A stretch of 64,000 bases of DNA from Phoronis australis. Lineage: Eukaryota > Animalia > Phoronida. How positions within the stretch are numbered: position 1 is the first letter of the stretch; each line of letters opens with the position of its first letter. Where the stretch lies: assembly GCA_002633005.1 (NCBI GenBank), contig NMRA01000152.1, forward strand, positions 560,492 through 624,491, in the 5' to 3' direction. The notes beneath the pieces were generated by a model. It did not search any database. It was given only the letters and a program-made list of their open reading frames with translations, and had not been told where the DNA came from. Of this stretch, positions 1 to 12,900 are shown piece by piece. The position numbers and the translations under genes are program-made.

Positions 1-33
1 GATGTCATTTAACCAAAGCACATATACAACAAC

Positions 34-171
34 CTTGAGTTGGTCATATTCTTTCTGCAATTCTTGCCACTCTTTTAGAACGTCTTGAAGCTGTTTGTTC
101 TTGATACTAGCCACGTCAATGACACCGTTTCCATTTCCCGAGCCCGGCGGGACCGAATCAGCGTCAGCCAT
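34..171 (-). CDS. TMEM120: First coding exon of a TMEM120 (TMEM120A/B-like) membrane protein; gene continues off the left edge
   Basis: Minus strand reads MADADSVPPGSGNGNGVIDVASIKNKQLQDVLKEWQELQKEYDQLK, then a GT donor (phase 0, 33-32). LKEWQELQKEYDQL resembles the N-terminal coiled coil of TMEM120A/B as recalled (LRDWEDLQQDFQNIQ / EREWHELEGEFQELQ). Only one exon is visible. Confidence 0.7.
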
Positions 172-2321
172 CGTTGTAAACTGTACATAGCCATAAAAGT
201 ATACATTTTCATGCCTGTTCTTATTTACCTTCATTTTCACTCTGTTGGAACTATTAAACATATTTTTCTTCATTTTTACTGAAATATAAATTCAAAATCT
301 AAACGTGATAACAAAAGTGACTCAAATATGCAATTTTGTGTTCAATAACTAAAGATATTATTTCTATTTATGTTGACCTTTTCGACCTTTTGACGTAGTT
401 GTCAAAGTTCATCAGCTAAGCGCAGCTAGAAACTGCTTCACAGTCAAATGCGGGCTTCAGTTGTCCGAGCTGGGACTAAAGTCTGCTAAGTGAAACTTTG
501 TTTATGAATGTCGGTGGCCGTACGGGTGTAGACCGCCCTAAAACCAACTTTGAAAAGTTAATCGATTTACTCCGAAGCGCCGGCGGCGCTAATCGATTGA
601 ACTGACACTCGTGGCTGCATGTGTGACGTCGCTCCTCGGTTGACCGTTTAGGGGCTACAATACTGCGGCTTTCTGTACGCATTTCGTTACATGTATTTTA
701 AACGGGCGGTAACCCAAATCCGGCCACTGATTAGGAGTTTTCTCCTCGTCAAAAATACATTCCACACTAAAAGTAAAGAAGGCCGGTCCTTAGTACTTCT
801 ATGATATAGCCTATCTTCGATGAAGTTAAGTTGTGAGAATAAGGTGACTTTGGCGAGAAGAATACTCCACTTTTTTGGTTACCGCCAACTGTTTCACCAC
901 GCGCGCGATAACCACAAAGTATGTTAATTGAGTCACGTACGTGAGTTAGGCAAAGGCGAGACTGAGCGAAGCGCGTGACGCTAGAGCGTGGGCACTCTTG
1001 CAAAATACCACTGATGAGAAGGTGAAATTTGCCGAGGAGATTTGTGTCCCTTGGACTTTTTATTCGTCAATATGTGTGATTTCACGTAACTTTCTGAAAA
1101 TGGCACTCGGTAAGAGAAACTCGAGCAAACCGCGACCCGGTGAGATTTTCATCGATTTGTTCAAATTATCTTGACTGAATCGTCTCGAGGCCTATATGGA
1201 CTGTTTAAAACTCCATGTGCATATGCATGTGTTTCATTTGTATTTTGAAATGAGTAACTTTTTGTGGGGACGTACTATCGCCCCTGTGTCTGCGGCATCC
1301 AGGGCCATCATTGCGAAGCGAAAATTCGTAAAATGCCGACGCAGCGCTATCTGAGTCGATCGTGGCCGATTTACGATCCCCAAAATAGCAGGCCTCTAGT
1401 TCAAAGTCATACGGGATGCACGTTGTCGATGGGACAGAAAATGCGACCTAGCTGTAGCATACAAGACTCTTCAGTCGATCTGATACCTTGTTATTTTTCT
1501 TACCGGGAACGGATTAATATTTCTTCATTTCATTTTTAAACTTGAAGTACCAAAACAGTGGTAGATTTTCATCGCCATCGAAACTTAATCTAGTTTACGA
1601 CTGAGTTAATTGAACCCGCCACTCCCCGAACTTTAGTGACAGATAGCTCACACTAAACCCCAGCCGGCGACATTTCCTGACTACTGACGTGTGTCATTGG
1701 TCCAGGTTTAGTACTCAAATCCTGAAACTATAAAAAAGCAAATATAGCCCAAACTGAAGGCGGAACCGCCTGGGCTTGCGCTCAGTGCGGACTAGCTTTT
1801 TGTCAGTCATAAAAAATTAAGAGTGGGCAAAAGTTAAGTACAACTGTTTCGTTGTAGAAAATCTGGTCAAAAAAGAGATTGAAAGAATATTAAAAGAATA
1901 ATCCAAGTGATATTGTTATCTCCGTCTGATCAGGCCCGGCCACCGAGTCATATCAATACGCACGGTAGCCTAGTTTCCCGTCCTCGTACCCCGCAAAGTT
2001 TGTAATTTATAACTTATTAGTTCATCGATTTTTAAAAACGGAAAACCATGATTGGTTCTTTCATTCCAACTGAATACAGCCGTTGTGTTTAACAAAACTC
2101 GGCGCCGAGCGCCGCGCTCAGCTCTCTTTTAATTGAGTACTGCAGCCGGACGAGATTCATGAAGTCGCATTTCGGTAATTTAATATATCAACCTGGCACA
2201 CTGCAGGGTATTTAGAAGCACCAAAAAAAAACTGTTTCCCGGAGCGTCTAAAAGCCTGCGGACGCGAAAAATGTTTTGTTTCCCTAAAAGCGGGTAACGC
2301 CGTGGGGACGTGACGCGAAAG

Positions 2322-2457
2322 ATTTTCAGTTTCCTTGAACCTAGAACTACGAAAGCGCACTAGCCCACAGAAATAAAATAAAGTATCTCATTTTCAGTTT
2401 CCTTGAACCTAGAACTACGAAATCGCACTAGCCCACAGAAATAAAATAAAGTATCTC
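2322..2457. repeat. Direct tandem duplication, 2 x 68 bp
   Basis: attttcagtttccttgaacctagaactacgaaa(g/t)cgcactagcccacagaaataaaataaagtatctc occurs at 2322-2389 and 2390-2457. Confidence 0.9.
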
Positions 2458-2919
2458 GACTTTTTATCTTGTCATATCTGAGCTGTAAATTTCCAGTAAC
2501 ACAGAGCACGAGCGCTCAACGGAGAGTCTAACCACATGTCGACTGATTTTCAAAAATCGGACCGTAAGGGGACGGTAGACTACGGCACGGAGTAGCTCTC
2601 AAAATACCTTTATAAAACTATTTCTGTGATCTCATCTCCTCGGACGACCACATCACTTCCCTCGTTCCACTCAGTTTCCAAAAGTCATTTAACTCAGTTT
2701 ATGGCTGCGTTTTTCTGATTGCGGGAACCGTTTAGCCAGTACCATGGATCCACTGTCCCTCCAAGCCTGTTGCTTCCGATGATTGTTTTGGCTCTCCATC
2801 TATGACATCATTTTTTTATGTAATCACTTCTGTGAGGAAACCTTTTCCTCAGGAGAAAAGGGTTCTGACCTTTTTCTACTCATTTTATTGATGACAGGGC
2901 CACCAAGAAAATTCGTCTG

Positions 2920-2992
2920 CACGTGACTTTGACTAGGTTTTAGCTAGGTCCTAGCGTAGGTCCTAGCGTCTACTGAACGCACGCCAGGTTTA
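2920..2992. mobile_element. Single arm of the MITE family at 4772-4922, inverted orientation
   Basis: Reverse complement matches 4772-4830 (ctggcgtgcgttcagtagacgctaggacctagctaaaa..ctagtcaaagtcacgtg), with a small internal duplication. Confidence 0.75.
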
Positions 2993-3371
2993 AATCCGCC
3001 TATGGTAAAAACGTACATAGGACTTACTAATAAACAAAACAGGTAAAATGTAATTTGGAAGAAGATAAATAAAGATTGTAATAATCCAGCAATATGGGAC
3101 AAACAACGCTGTTCTTTTGTACCAGGACGACAGGAAATGAAAACAGCACATTGGTTAGCTACTACAAATACAGCTTCATATTGAGAGCACAATGGCAAAG
3201 ATTTTCTAATTCAGAACACAAAAAGGCAGAACAGCCCAAAAAGTGCACTTGTAGAGGAAATAGGTCATGATTGACCTTGAGAATGACCTCTGTTCCATTT
3301 CCACAAAACCAAACCACATGTAAGGGAACCTGGTTGCAGCTATTCAAAGAGCAAATAGTTTTCAAACAGCA

Positions 3372-3377
3372 TTTATT
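3372..3377 (-). terminator. Candidate SPT6 polyadenylation signal AATAAA
   Basis: tttatt on plus, about 530 nt downstream of the SPT6 stop. Another candidate lies near 2884. Confidence 0.35.
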
Positions 3378-3901
3378 TTTACTTGATAAAATATTACAAA
3401 ATTGCATTACAAATACAAAGAGATACATACACACATACATCGGTCAGAACCAAGGATGCGCAAACCATTGATGCTTTCTGAATTTAAAGACCGACTAAAT
3501 TGGCTTCATTCATAGCCATTTTGCACCTCTCTCTCATTATCATCCTTAAACAGAGAATGGAGACAAACTGTAACCCCGAATGGACTGGCAACAGTGAATT
3601 TCTAATGTCTTATGCCTACTGACAAGTAAACCCCTTTATGTATTATGTATACACAATCTGCAGCAAATACCATTACAAAAACTTGACGATTATACTCTGT
3701 TCACATCATAGTAACTATACTATCAACAGTATGCCAATGTGTGTATTCACCGTGAAGAATACGAGGGCTGAAATCTTGGAGACATAAAACAAGTAAAAGT
3801 GAAACTCGACATTCCATTGCACAGTGTTGGACATTACAGCGCAATGAAAGCAATAGTCCGCATTTTCAAAATGGTCAATTTTCACGAGATCTGATTTAGG
3901 T

Positions 3902-6900
3902 CTATCGTTCGTCAATAAGAGGCGTAGAGTCACCCCTTGGGTATCCGGAATCGTGTCGGCTCTCCCGTTCTCGTTTCTTTGCCCACTGTTCTGCCATTTT
4001 GGCCCAGTCTTGACTTGTTGATGGCTTACTAGAGGGCGTTGTCTGTCGTGGAGATGCACGACTTGACCTATGTGTTGGTGTCTGACCACTCCTGTAACAG
4101 ACAATGCAAGTTTTGTGATGAAATAGTCCCTACCTGTTGGCCAAGTTATAAGGAATAATTTTGTAGAGATTTTAGTCAATTAAGACATTGGTTACAATGA
4201 ATTGCTAATGAGAATTCCAACGGTATGACAATGTGTTCAGTTACGCCACATAACTATACAACAGTAAAACAAAATTACTGCAGGTGGTCTGGTACACATT
4301 GTACCGGATATGTGCAGGCCGTTCAGGTGGACCCATTGCACTGATCACCTAGAACTATTTTTATGCTTTAGTTAAAACCGAGCTGAGGAGCTAGAGACTT
4401 GACTCAAGGGTTTAGCAGTGTGCTCTAATGGGAATTGAACCTCAAAACCTCGAGTAAGGGAAGCAAACATGTATCCCATTAGGCCACACTGTCTCCTCCT
4501 CTACTATAAAACAGTAGGTCACTTTATGTTTTAAATCAAAGCAAAACTAACTGAACTTAGAAAAGATGATGAAGAGACTTGCCAAGACTCAAAACAATCC
4601 ACTGAAAATGAAATTTCTGCCATTTGTCTTGCTAACAAAAATTAGCACTAAGGCAAATACTCCAATATGAAGTGAATACTTCCAACACTAGAATCGCTAG
4701 AAAATCCCGGGAACCTCATTTCAACCAACCGAACAAGAATCTTCAGAATACGCAAAAATAATTCAGGAAGAAAACTGGCGTGCGTTCAGTAGACGCTAGG
4801 ACCTAGCTAAAATCTAGTCAAAGTCACGTGTTCGCATTTAAAATACACGGCAATATCTCACGTAATCTCGCGAAGTCTTGCTTTTTAGTGAGGTCCAGCG
4901 TTACTGAACGGGAGGCAGTTTTCAACAGGATGTTCATACCTGGGTGTACTTCGATGGCTGGAGCCATGGTGCTTGGGAGTAGATCCGTGGCTTCTCTGGG
5001 GGGTTGATCCGGGAGCCGTTCTCTGAGGTGTAGCCCCAGGCCACTGTTGCTGAGGCTGCTTTGGGGTCTGCTGGTACTGCGGTGTGGCCACTGGGTGTGA
5101 AGGGGCAGGCATGCCTCGGCTACGCCCACTGGTTTGATAGGAAGGCGTGGTTAACATGGGAGTAGTCATGATCGGAGTTTGCTGCAAGATTAAATGACAA
5201 ACAACGTCAAAGGCATAGTAAAGCAAATCCAACAAGAATATCACAAGCTTCTGAAGTCTGAAACAAAAACAAAAACGGGACGTCTCATAATACCCTAACT
5301 TCATGATTTCAAAAGCACTTTCTATGATAAGACTGGTAACTTATTGTGCTATAGCAGTGTTCAGTACACTTTACACTGATAAATGCTTAGAACAAATAAC
5401 AAGCAAATCTGAACACAGGTGTTTTTTCTGCTGTAAAGTTGATATAGAGGCTGACTCAAAAAAACAGAAGGAACAACATAATTTTTCCTATTTCGGCACC
5501 AGTTTTCATTTCAGCATGGACTATTGTGAAGAAAAAAAATGAGCAATTTGCAATGGTTTCTCTACAAGAGTGCTTTTCTTTCTGACAGCGCAAATTGTCT
5601 TGTTTGCGAATACTATTGGTAATGAGGAAACTGGGGGCCCCACGCTTACATTGTACTCGTAGCCTGCGGCGAACCCTCCCGGAAAGTTCTTGCTGGTCTG
5701 ATACGCCTGGGGTGTCTCGCTGGGAGTGCCGGCCATGGGCGTGGCCCGAGGTGTGGCCCGGGGTGTAGCCCGAGGCGTGGAACCAATAAGGGCACTGTAG
5801 CCCCCGAGTCCTGCTGCTCGACGCAATGTGTCTGCGTCCACATTCCGTAGGTTGATGCTGGGAGACGGTCCCATACCTGCAGGGGTCCTCGTGGCACTGC
5901 CTGGGGTGGCTGACATTCCTGGGTAAACAAATAATAGTACCATTGATATTTCTACTATTGCAAAATACTTTGAAGTGATGGGTAAACAAATAATAGTACC
6001 AAAATGAATGATATGTCAACTATTTTAACAATGCTTTTTTAAGTGATGCAAAATTTGCATGGAAATTTAGTTGATGAAATACATTTAACAATGAATTCCT
6101 ATTGCACTGCCTTCAGGAAATAAATAAGAATTTACAAAGTGCAACAATAAAGTATATAACCACTGCCTTCAAAATGGCAAAGTGCTGGATTTGGACCAGG
6201 TGAGGATTGAATACTGTCATTAAAGGTAATAAGCCCATACCCAACTTTTGACTTAGGCAGCTGGTCTTATCTTGATGCTTATTTAAAAAATGATTTCCAG
6301 ACTAAAGAAGAACTACCAGGTCCTTATGACGTCATATCGTGCTCTTAAAATTGCTACTCACAGCGGTTTATCAAAAACATATTTCGTTAGCTTTGTCATT
6401 CCTTAAAAAAAGTATGACAAGAAAATTTTCTGGAAGCTCCGATTAGAAATGCTGACTTCAATTACCGCAGCACGGACTACACGTGGACAAGAAAATTTTC
6501 TGGCAAGCTCAAACTAGAAATGTTGACTTCAAATACCCCAATACACGCTACACGTGAGGTTAAAAAATTTAAAGAGCCAAACATTACTTGGGTGACTGAC
6601 CCTAACTATCGTGGCTTTTCTCTCACTCACACCCACCTGGCACAGGGTCCCTGAAGTGTTCCTTGAACCATTTGACGACACCGTTGAGTGTGGGGAACAC
6701 CTGTCCGCGGTATTTAATGCCATCTGGTGTCACCGTGCAGAACTCGTGAATGGGTCGTGCACGGGGCAGATAAGAGAGCATAAACTTGCCCGGCAGTTCC
6801 TCTGATGTGGTAAAGTAATACGGGATTCTGCAATACATTCACTCTTCATTACTAAGAAAGATTGTAACTGCATTTGGGATGGTTACTTCAACTATGCCAA

Positions 6901-9900
6901 TTTTTCATCACTGTAGTATGCAATTTGATAAAAATTTGAAATACCAGACAAATTTCAAAATAGACATTATTACCATGGTTTGAATTGTAAATTTGTTATA
7001 AAAAATGAAATTTTGACAACTTGAATGAATGTAGCTAGCCTTTGGCAAAAGGAAAAGATACTATTTTATGCAAAATTACTGAAAACTTCGTAAATATAAT
7101 CACCATCACACACAGCGCCATCTGTGGCACTCAACATCAACATGAGCTCTAACACGAAGCACGCTTACAGTGACCATTGCACCTCAGTACAACACTGGGG
7201 ACCACTCCCATGCACCATATTGCTAACATGTTCCCAAGTATCTAAAGCCAAGTTCAGAGTTAAATACTTGTTAGTGATATGAATACTGAATGTTCCTCAT
7301 ATTCTTGATGTCTATAGAAAACAACTTGAGAATCAGATCTTTTGAGAAATAGCAAAGGTTGAAGCACTGAGAAAAAAGCAGTGGCTTACTTCGATGGAAA
7401 CCTTTTCTTCTCGGCGATAAGCACTTTGTCCATTGTTTCCCGTTTCCGCGTTTCAGGCTTGAAGTATTTGTAATTTAGTATGTCACGTGCAAACGCTGCC
7501 ATAGGGTTGATGTGGCGAGCGATGATTTCATCCAGATCTTCAAATTCCTGTAACAAGACAGTCTCGGGCTTCAGCAAACACAGCAACAAAAATCCACTAC
7601 TAGATGAAACGAAACCAAAGACAAGGGCGATAAAGTTGGCAGGAGACAGGGGCAGAGTTGTAATTTAGTTCATGCGCTGCTGCCGTTTAAAGAGACTATG
7701 ACTGTGGATTCAAGAATGTAGTAATTTATGCTGGAAAAATATACACGTCACAGACAATGCTTGAAGAAATCAACAAAAAGTTTGAAACAATAATGCGCAT
7801 TAGCTTCCAGTACGTACATTATCTACTCATCTGTTCTCATCTCATGTTGACTCACTATAACACAATATCACCCAATTTGGACAAAAATTGGGCGGATGCA
7901 TCCTTCTGCTGCATCTGTGGCAGATTGTCACCCACCTTTACAGTTCAACATGTTATATAACTTTCGTAATTACTGATATCTGTAGTAGTTTAGCTTGTCA
8001 TAATATATATGAACTTTTATCTCACCTACAAGTGTTGTTTCACTGTAAACTAACTTCGGTATCGCTTCGCAGTTAGCGCATGTAAAAATAATTACCATAA
8101 TTGCCCTTTCTTCAATTTTCAAAGAATTTTATCACAGCTGTGAATGTCCACATTTTTTCATTGTAGCTAAAGCTCTACATTAAAGAAAAGGTAGAAAGTA
8201 AAATTTCACTCGTTCGCCACATTGTGTCCTAAATTGGTGAGATTTCTCTGTTAATCTTCGCCCATAATGTCCACCATACCTCCTTCTGTATCCACAATGT
8301 CTTGCCAATGCTGAAGTCATTCTGTTTATCTTCCTCCTTGACATCAATATGCTGGCAGACTCCCTCATCGACCTTCCACGTCACAGTCAGATGATCAGCA
8401 CCCTGAAGGATAAAAACAGAAATAATACTAGGTATGGTAACGCAGTGATAAGGATTGTGGTAAAAAACCTCATAATTATTTTTCAGAAATAGTTACATGG
8501 AATGCAAGACCAAATTTCTGTCTAAAGTCTTCAGTCACTTTTCTTGAAACAGTCAGGTATTTTGAACACAATAGGACAAGTTGAAGGCACTGTAAGTAGT
8601 CTCGTTTGGAGGTCGAGTACTTTATCAACCAATACTACCAAAAGATAGCTGCATCCAATGGTGCTGACTGGTCTCACCTTACTACTAGGGCGAATGATGA
8701 CGTCTCCCTGATCATACTCGGCCATTAACTTTTCGCACTCGGCAAAACTGATGTTGTGGAAAGACGGATGTGCAATGACACGCTTGATGTAGGCTGTAAA
8801 GATAAGATCACGTGTTGAGACGTAAACCCGAAAATGTTTAAGAGGTCCCATTGTACAGTCACTATACCATTTTGTAGTCACTGACCATTAATTGAAAGGC
8901 TGCCACCTTTTCATAATATAACATTCTGCATACAGTCAATACAAGGATTAGATAAGATGACTGACATAAGAAATCCTCGTCCAACAACTTCGTAACTAAT
9001 GGAGCACTGGCGTAGAAACATATAACACGAACATCATAACTGCTGTTCAACCTGGGATTTTTTCACCAAATCTTGAACAGTAATTGTCAGATTAAGCATA
9101 ATTCTGTAGAATCATATTCCAGTTGCCAATGGTACCCCAACGCTGCAAAGGACACAGCTTAAAGATGCTATGTCCCATTAAATTGTGAATATGCACATGA
9201 AGTACTAGACAGTTCCGGTGACCCGGAAACCATCCGAGAACCAGTTATCATTACAATCTCACAAAAGTCTTTCTTTGCGAGACTATTTTTATGTAAATGA
9301 GTATGGTAATACGTTATTGTTACCCCAATAAAACAAGGCAGTCTTAACGATTTGGTAATATGTGGACTTACTAGAGATTTCTATGTGTTCACACTTGTTT
9401 CAAGTGTATTAGTTGCGGTGTTTTCTTACTAATTGTTTTTTCCTGATTGTATTTGTACACAAACTTCTCCAGGAAGTCACAAGGTGGCACTTGCTACAAA
9501 TTTAAATATTCACAACTCAATAAGACAAACACTGAATACTCATACTTTGTCTGGCCTTTTGTTTCTTTTTATCTTCTTCTTTCTTGACGTCATTTTCATC
9601 GGCCTCTTCATCATAGTGAGAGTCACGAGGAGGTCTATAGGAATAAATACCAACCTGATTACTGACAGAAATCTAATAATCTGCACATGAAGACAAGAAA
9701 CTTTTTGCTTTGCTCATTATCTGTCAAGTTTAAAGAATCTACAATTCCATCACCAAAACGATATACCATTTGTAAAGAAGACTGCCATTGGTGACAAAAA
9801 GAGAACAAGAGTAAGACATTAATTATCATCGTAAACACTTTTAAGCCTGATCTGCATGCCATCTGTGGCCACATCATGTGACCTAATGAACATAAGTCTA

Positions 9901-12900
9901 AAAAGATCTGTGCCCCGACCAGGACTTGCACCTTGGACCTTCTGCTAACTGTGCAGATGCTATAGTCCGCTGAGCCATCAGGACCACTGGTCAAACACAG
10001 AAATAAGCCAGATGTAGTAGTGGGCATCCCGCCCTTGCATGGGGGGCGCAGCACTGAAATAAGTGGTAGGCTATAGCCCCCCAGCCCCCTAAGGTGCACT
10101 GCCCATGCCTGAAACTCTTGAGTGTATATGGATATGTAAATCTTAAAGCGGCATGGCAATATGAAACTACAGGAAGATATTGAAGTAAAATGATGGGTGA
10201 GGAAGGTATCCTAGGGAGCCATCCGAGTAGTAAAAAATAATACAAAAAATATTTGACAAAAAAACACGCCTGAAAAATAAACATTTGATTAGATTATTAA
10301 TAATGCACAAATATGATATTTTAAGACAAGCACCTTGTGTACATAATATCATACAATTTTTATACATTTTTGTTGAATACAAGGTCAATGACCTATAGTT
10401 CCATCACATACCTCCAGTTGTTATCTTTGTCTAGCAGGTCTGAGGAACGACACGTTAATTCGACCTGCAACCTGTCGATGTCAATCCTTGTGATACGTGC
10501 ATGAATAGTCATACCCTCCTAAAGTATAAATGGAATAAACTGACTTGAAATTTAGCTTTCACCGTCATTTTGGACAACACAAGCAAGTTAATAGCATGAC
10601 ATTCTTGACATCCTAATACAAACTATGTTTGTTTACAGGCCAAAGCATGAAAAAGCAAAATTTTCTTGTTGTATTTATACCCAAACTCCAAGCAAACTCT
10701 AATCACTGCACAGAACTTTTACTGTTACACACAGTGACACCTATTGCCGACAATGTAATGCATATAAGAAAGTTACATGAAACCATGCTCAATAAAGATC
10801 CCCTACCTTGACCCTCTCCCCAGGATCTACTACGTGCTTGTCACTGATCATCTTGGTGGCAATAAATGCGCTCACGCCATTGTCCAGTCGTGCGCGGACG
10901 CCCACGGCCGAGCCAGGGCAACTGCCAGCGTCAAAGTGACTCCACACCTGAGAAAAAGAAAAATCTCTGCATAGTGACCTATACTGATTGAGTTTGAGTC
11001 AAATCGTGCTGAGAAAGCACCATTTGGGCTAGCTTTGTGCATTAATTTGAAACTAAATGAGAATTGGTCCGATAACAATCCTTGTCAGATTCTACATCTG
11101 TTACCAACAAAAGCATCGAATTCATCAGTGACTCAAGAAAACGCTTCAGAGTTTATTGGGTTGCTTAAAACTGTGAATAAGGCTCATGTACACATTGCCT
11201 GTAACTTGAGTAAATAACAGAAAGAGTCCTTCCATAGTAAGGATTATTATGAAACTGAATTTATGAGAGTAAATGGTGTAATTCGATGTTCATACAACAG
11301 CATTGCTAAAGAGGGCAAAATGCAGCTTTAAATATCTTCCTGGCACAACTCAGAGACACTGTCAAGCAGAGTTCTTCTGATCCACTGACCTCTGTTGGCA
11401 AAACTGAGTGCGAGGCTTGAAGCATGATGAATTTAAACAACACCCTTACCTCACTGAGCTCAGGGAAGTCACTCTTCCTGCAGAACGGACACTGCCAAAG
11501 ACCAGTCTCATCGTTACGGACAGGATTAGCCTGATCCAGCTGGTCCCTCTGGGGCTTCTTGTGAGCTATGCCCACCACACGAGACATGACTAGCTTACCT
11601 GACCAGAAAATGAATGTCATTCATATATGTATATCTTGAACCAGAAAGGAAATATAGATCACAAACATTTTAAGTCTACTCTGCACGCCACCTGTTGGCC
11701 ACATCATGTGACCTAACGAACATAAGTCTAAAAAGATTTCTCCCCCGAGCCAAGATTCAAATTCGGGACCTTCTGCTAATCTTCCTTCTGCACGGTTAGC
11801 TGAATTTCTACGCCTCACCGCAAAAAACATTTATATACACAATGGAAATCAAGAATAAGATGCCCACCACTAAGCCTGATTGGATTTCTGTGTTTGACCA
11901 GTGGTACCGATCGCTCAGTGGCTAGAGCATCTGCATGGTTAGCAGAAGGTCCTGGGTTCGAGTTCCGGTCGGGGTAGAAATCTTTTCCGACTTATGCTCA
12001 TTAGGTCACGTGATGTGACAGGTAGCTTGCAGACAAAACTTAAAATGTTTGTGAAATGTATCTACTGAGTAACAAAAACTCATCAGGTTTAGATGTCTAA
12101 CTTATAAGTGCACAGTTTTAAAACATTCAATAATTTTTTCTGTTTTCAAAACCATCGTGTTTCAATCAATGACTTAACATATAAATGTGGAACCTTGTTA
12201 CTGTAATTTTTATAAATTTAAAGTCAAAATTACAAAAAGAGAATACAAATGTAAGTAAAGTGTGTACCTATGTAGAACGTCTGCGGTGTCTCCTTGGTCA
12301 ACATGTTGAACTTTTCCTCATTTGTCGGTGACCTATACGGTGACCTCATGTCCTTGTAGCGGTGATTCAGTTCAGCACGAATATCATACAGGGTGATATG
12401 CTTGTTACCATAACCCTGGAAGACACAAGCACTAAATCTGAGTAATAATTACAGTAAATCTGTACACTATACGTTACACTTGATTTTATTTCCGACACCT
12501 ATTTCAAACGATCTTTTAAGATCACAAAACACAATGTATATTATGAAGACACTATACTCTTTCTTTCCATTTCTTAATGTATCTCCCACCACAGTCCCCC
12601 CCCCTTGTAATCCAACAGTTTCTCGTGCCCTATATCCATCATTCTGACTCAGCTAGACAAAGCACTCTTTACTTTCTCTAAGGAGGCTCCACCCCCTCTT
12701 CCCTTCTCACCACAATACCGGTCACCTCAAGTCTTCAGCAAATGCGTCCAGTTAATTATCAGTCTCTCTTAACTCCCCGGGGGGGTTCCTCCTTCTCCCA
12801 TCTCACCCTGTANCTCCTCCAATACCTGTCGTTCCAGCTCCTCAGCGAATGCATCCAAGTCAAGATCCCTTAGCCTCTCGGGACTCTCCAAGATCTCTTC

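Noticed and set aside
5921-6001. 22-bp direct repeat of the exon-34 acceptor tract as an alternative acceptor
   Set aside because: The distal copy lacks the AG dinucleotide.
3715-6019. Long listed ORFs 3715-4179, 4824-5129 and 5456-6019
   Set aside because: They are alternative frames of the GC-rich terminal SPT6 exons.
11903-11975. tRNA gene
   Set aside because: The anticodon loop is non-canonical and differs between copies, and the head is attached to a shared non-tRNA tail. It is a SINE.
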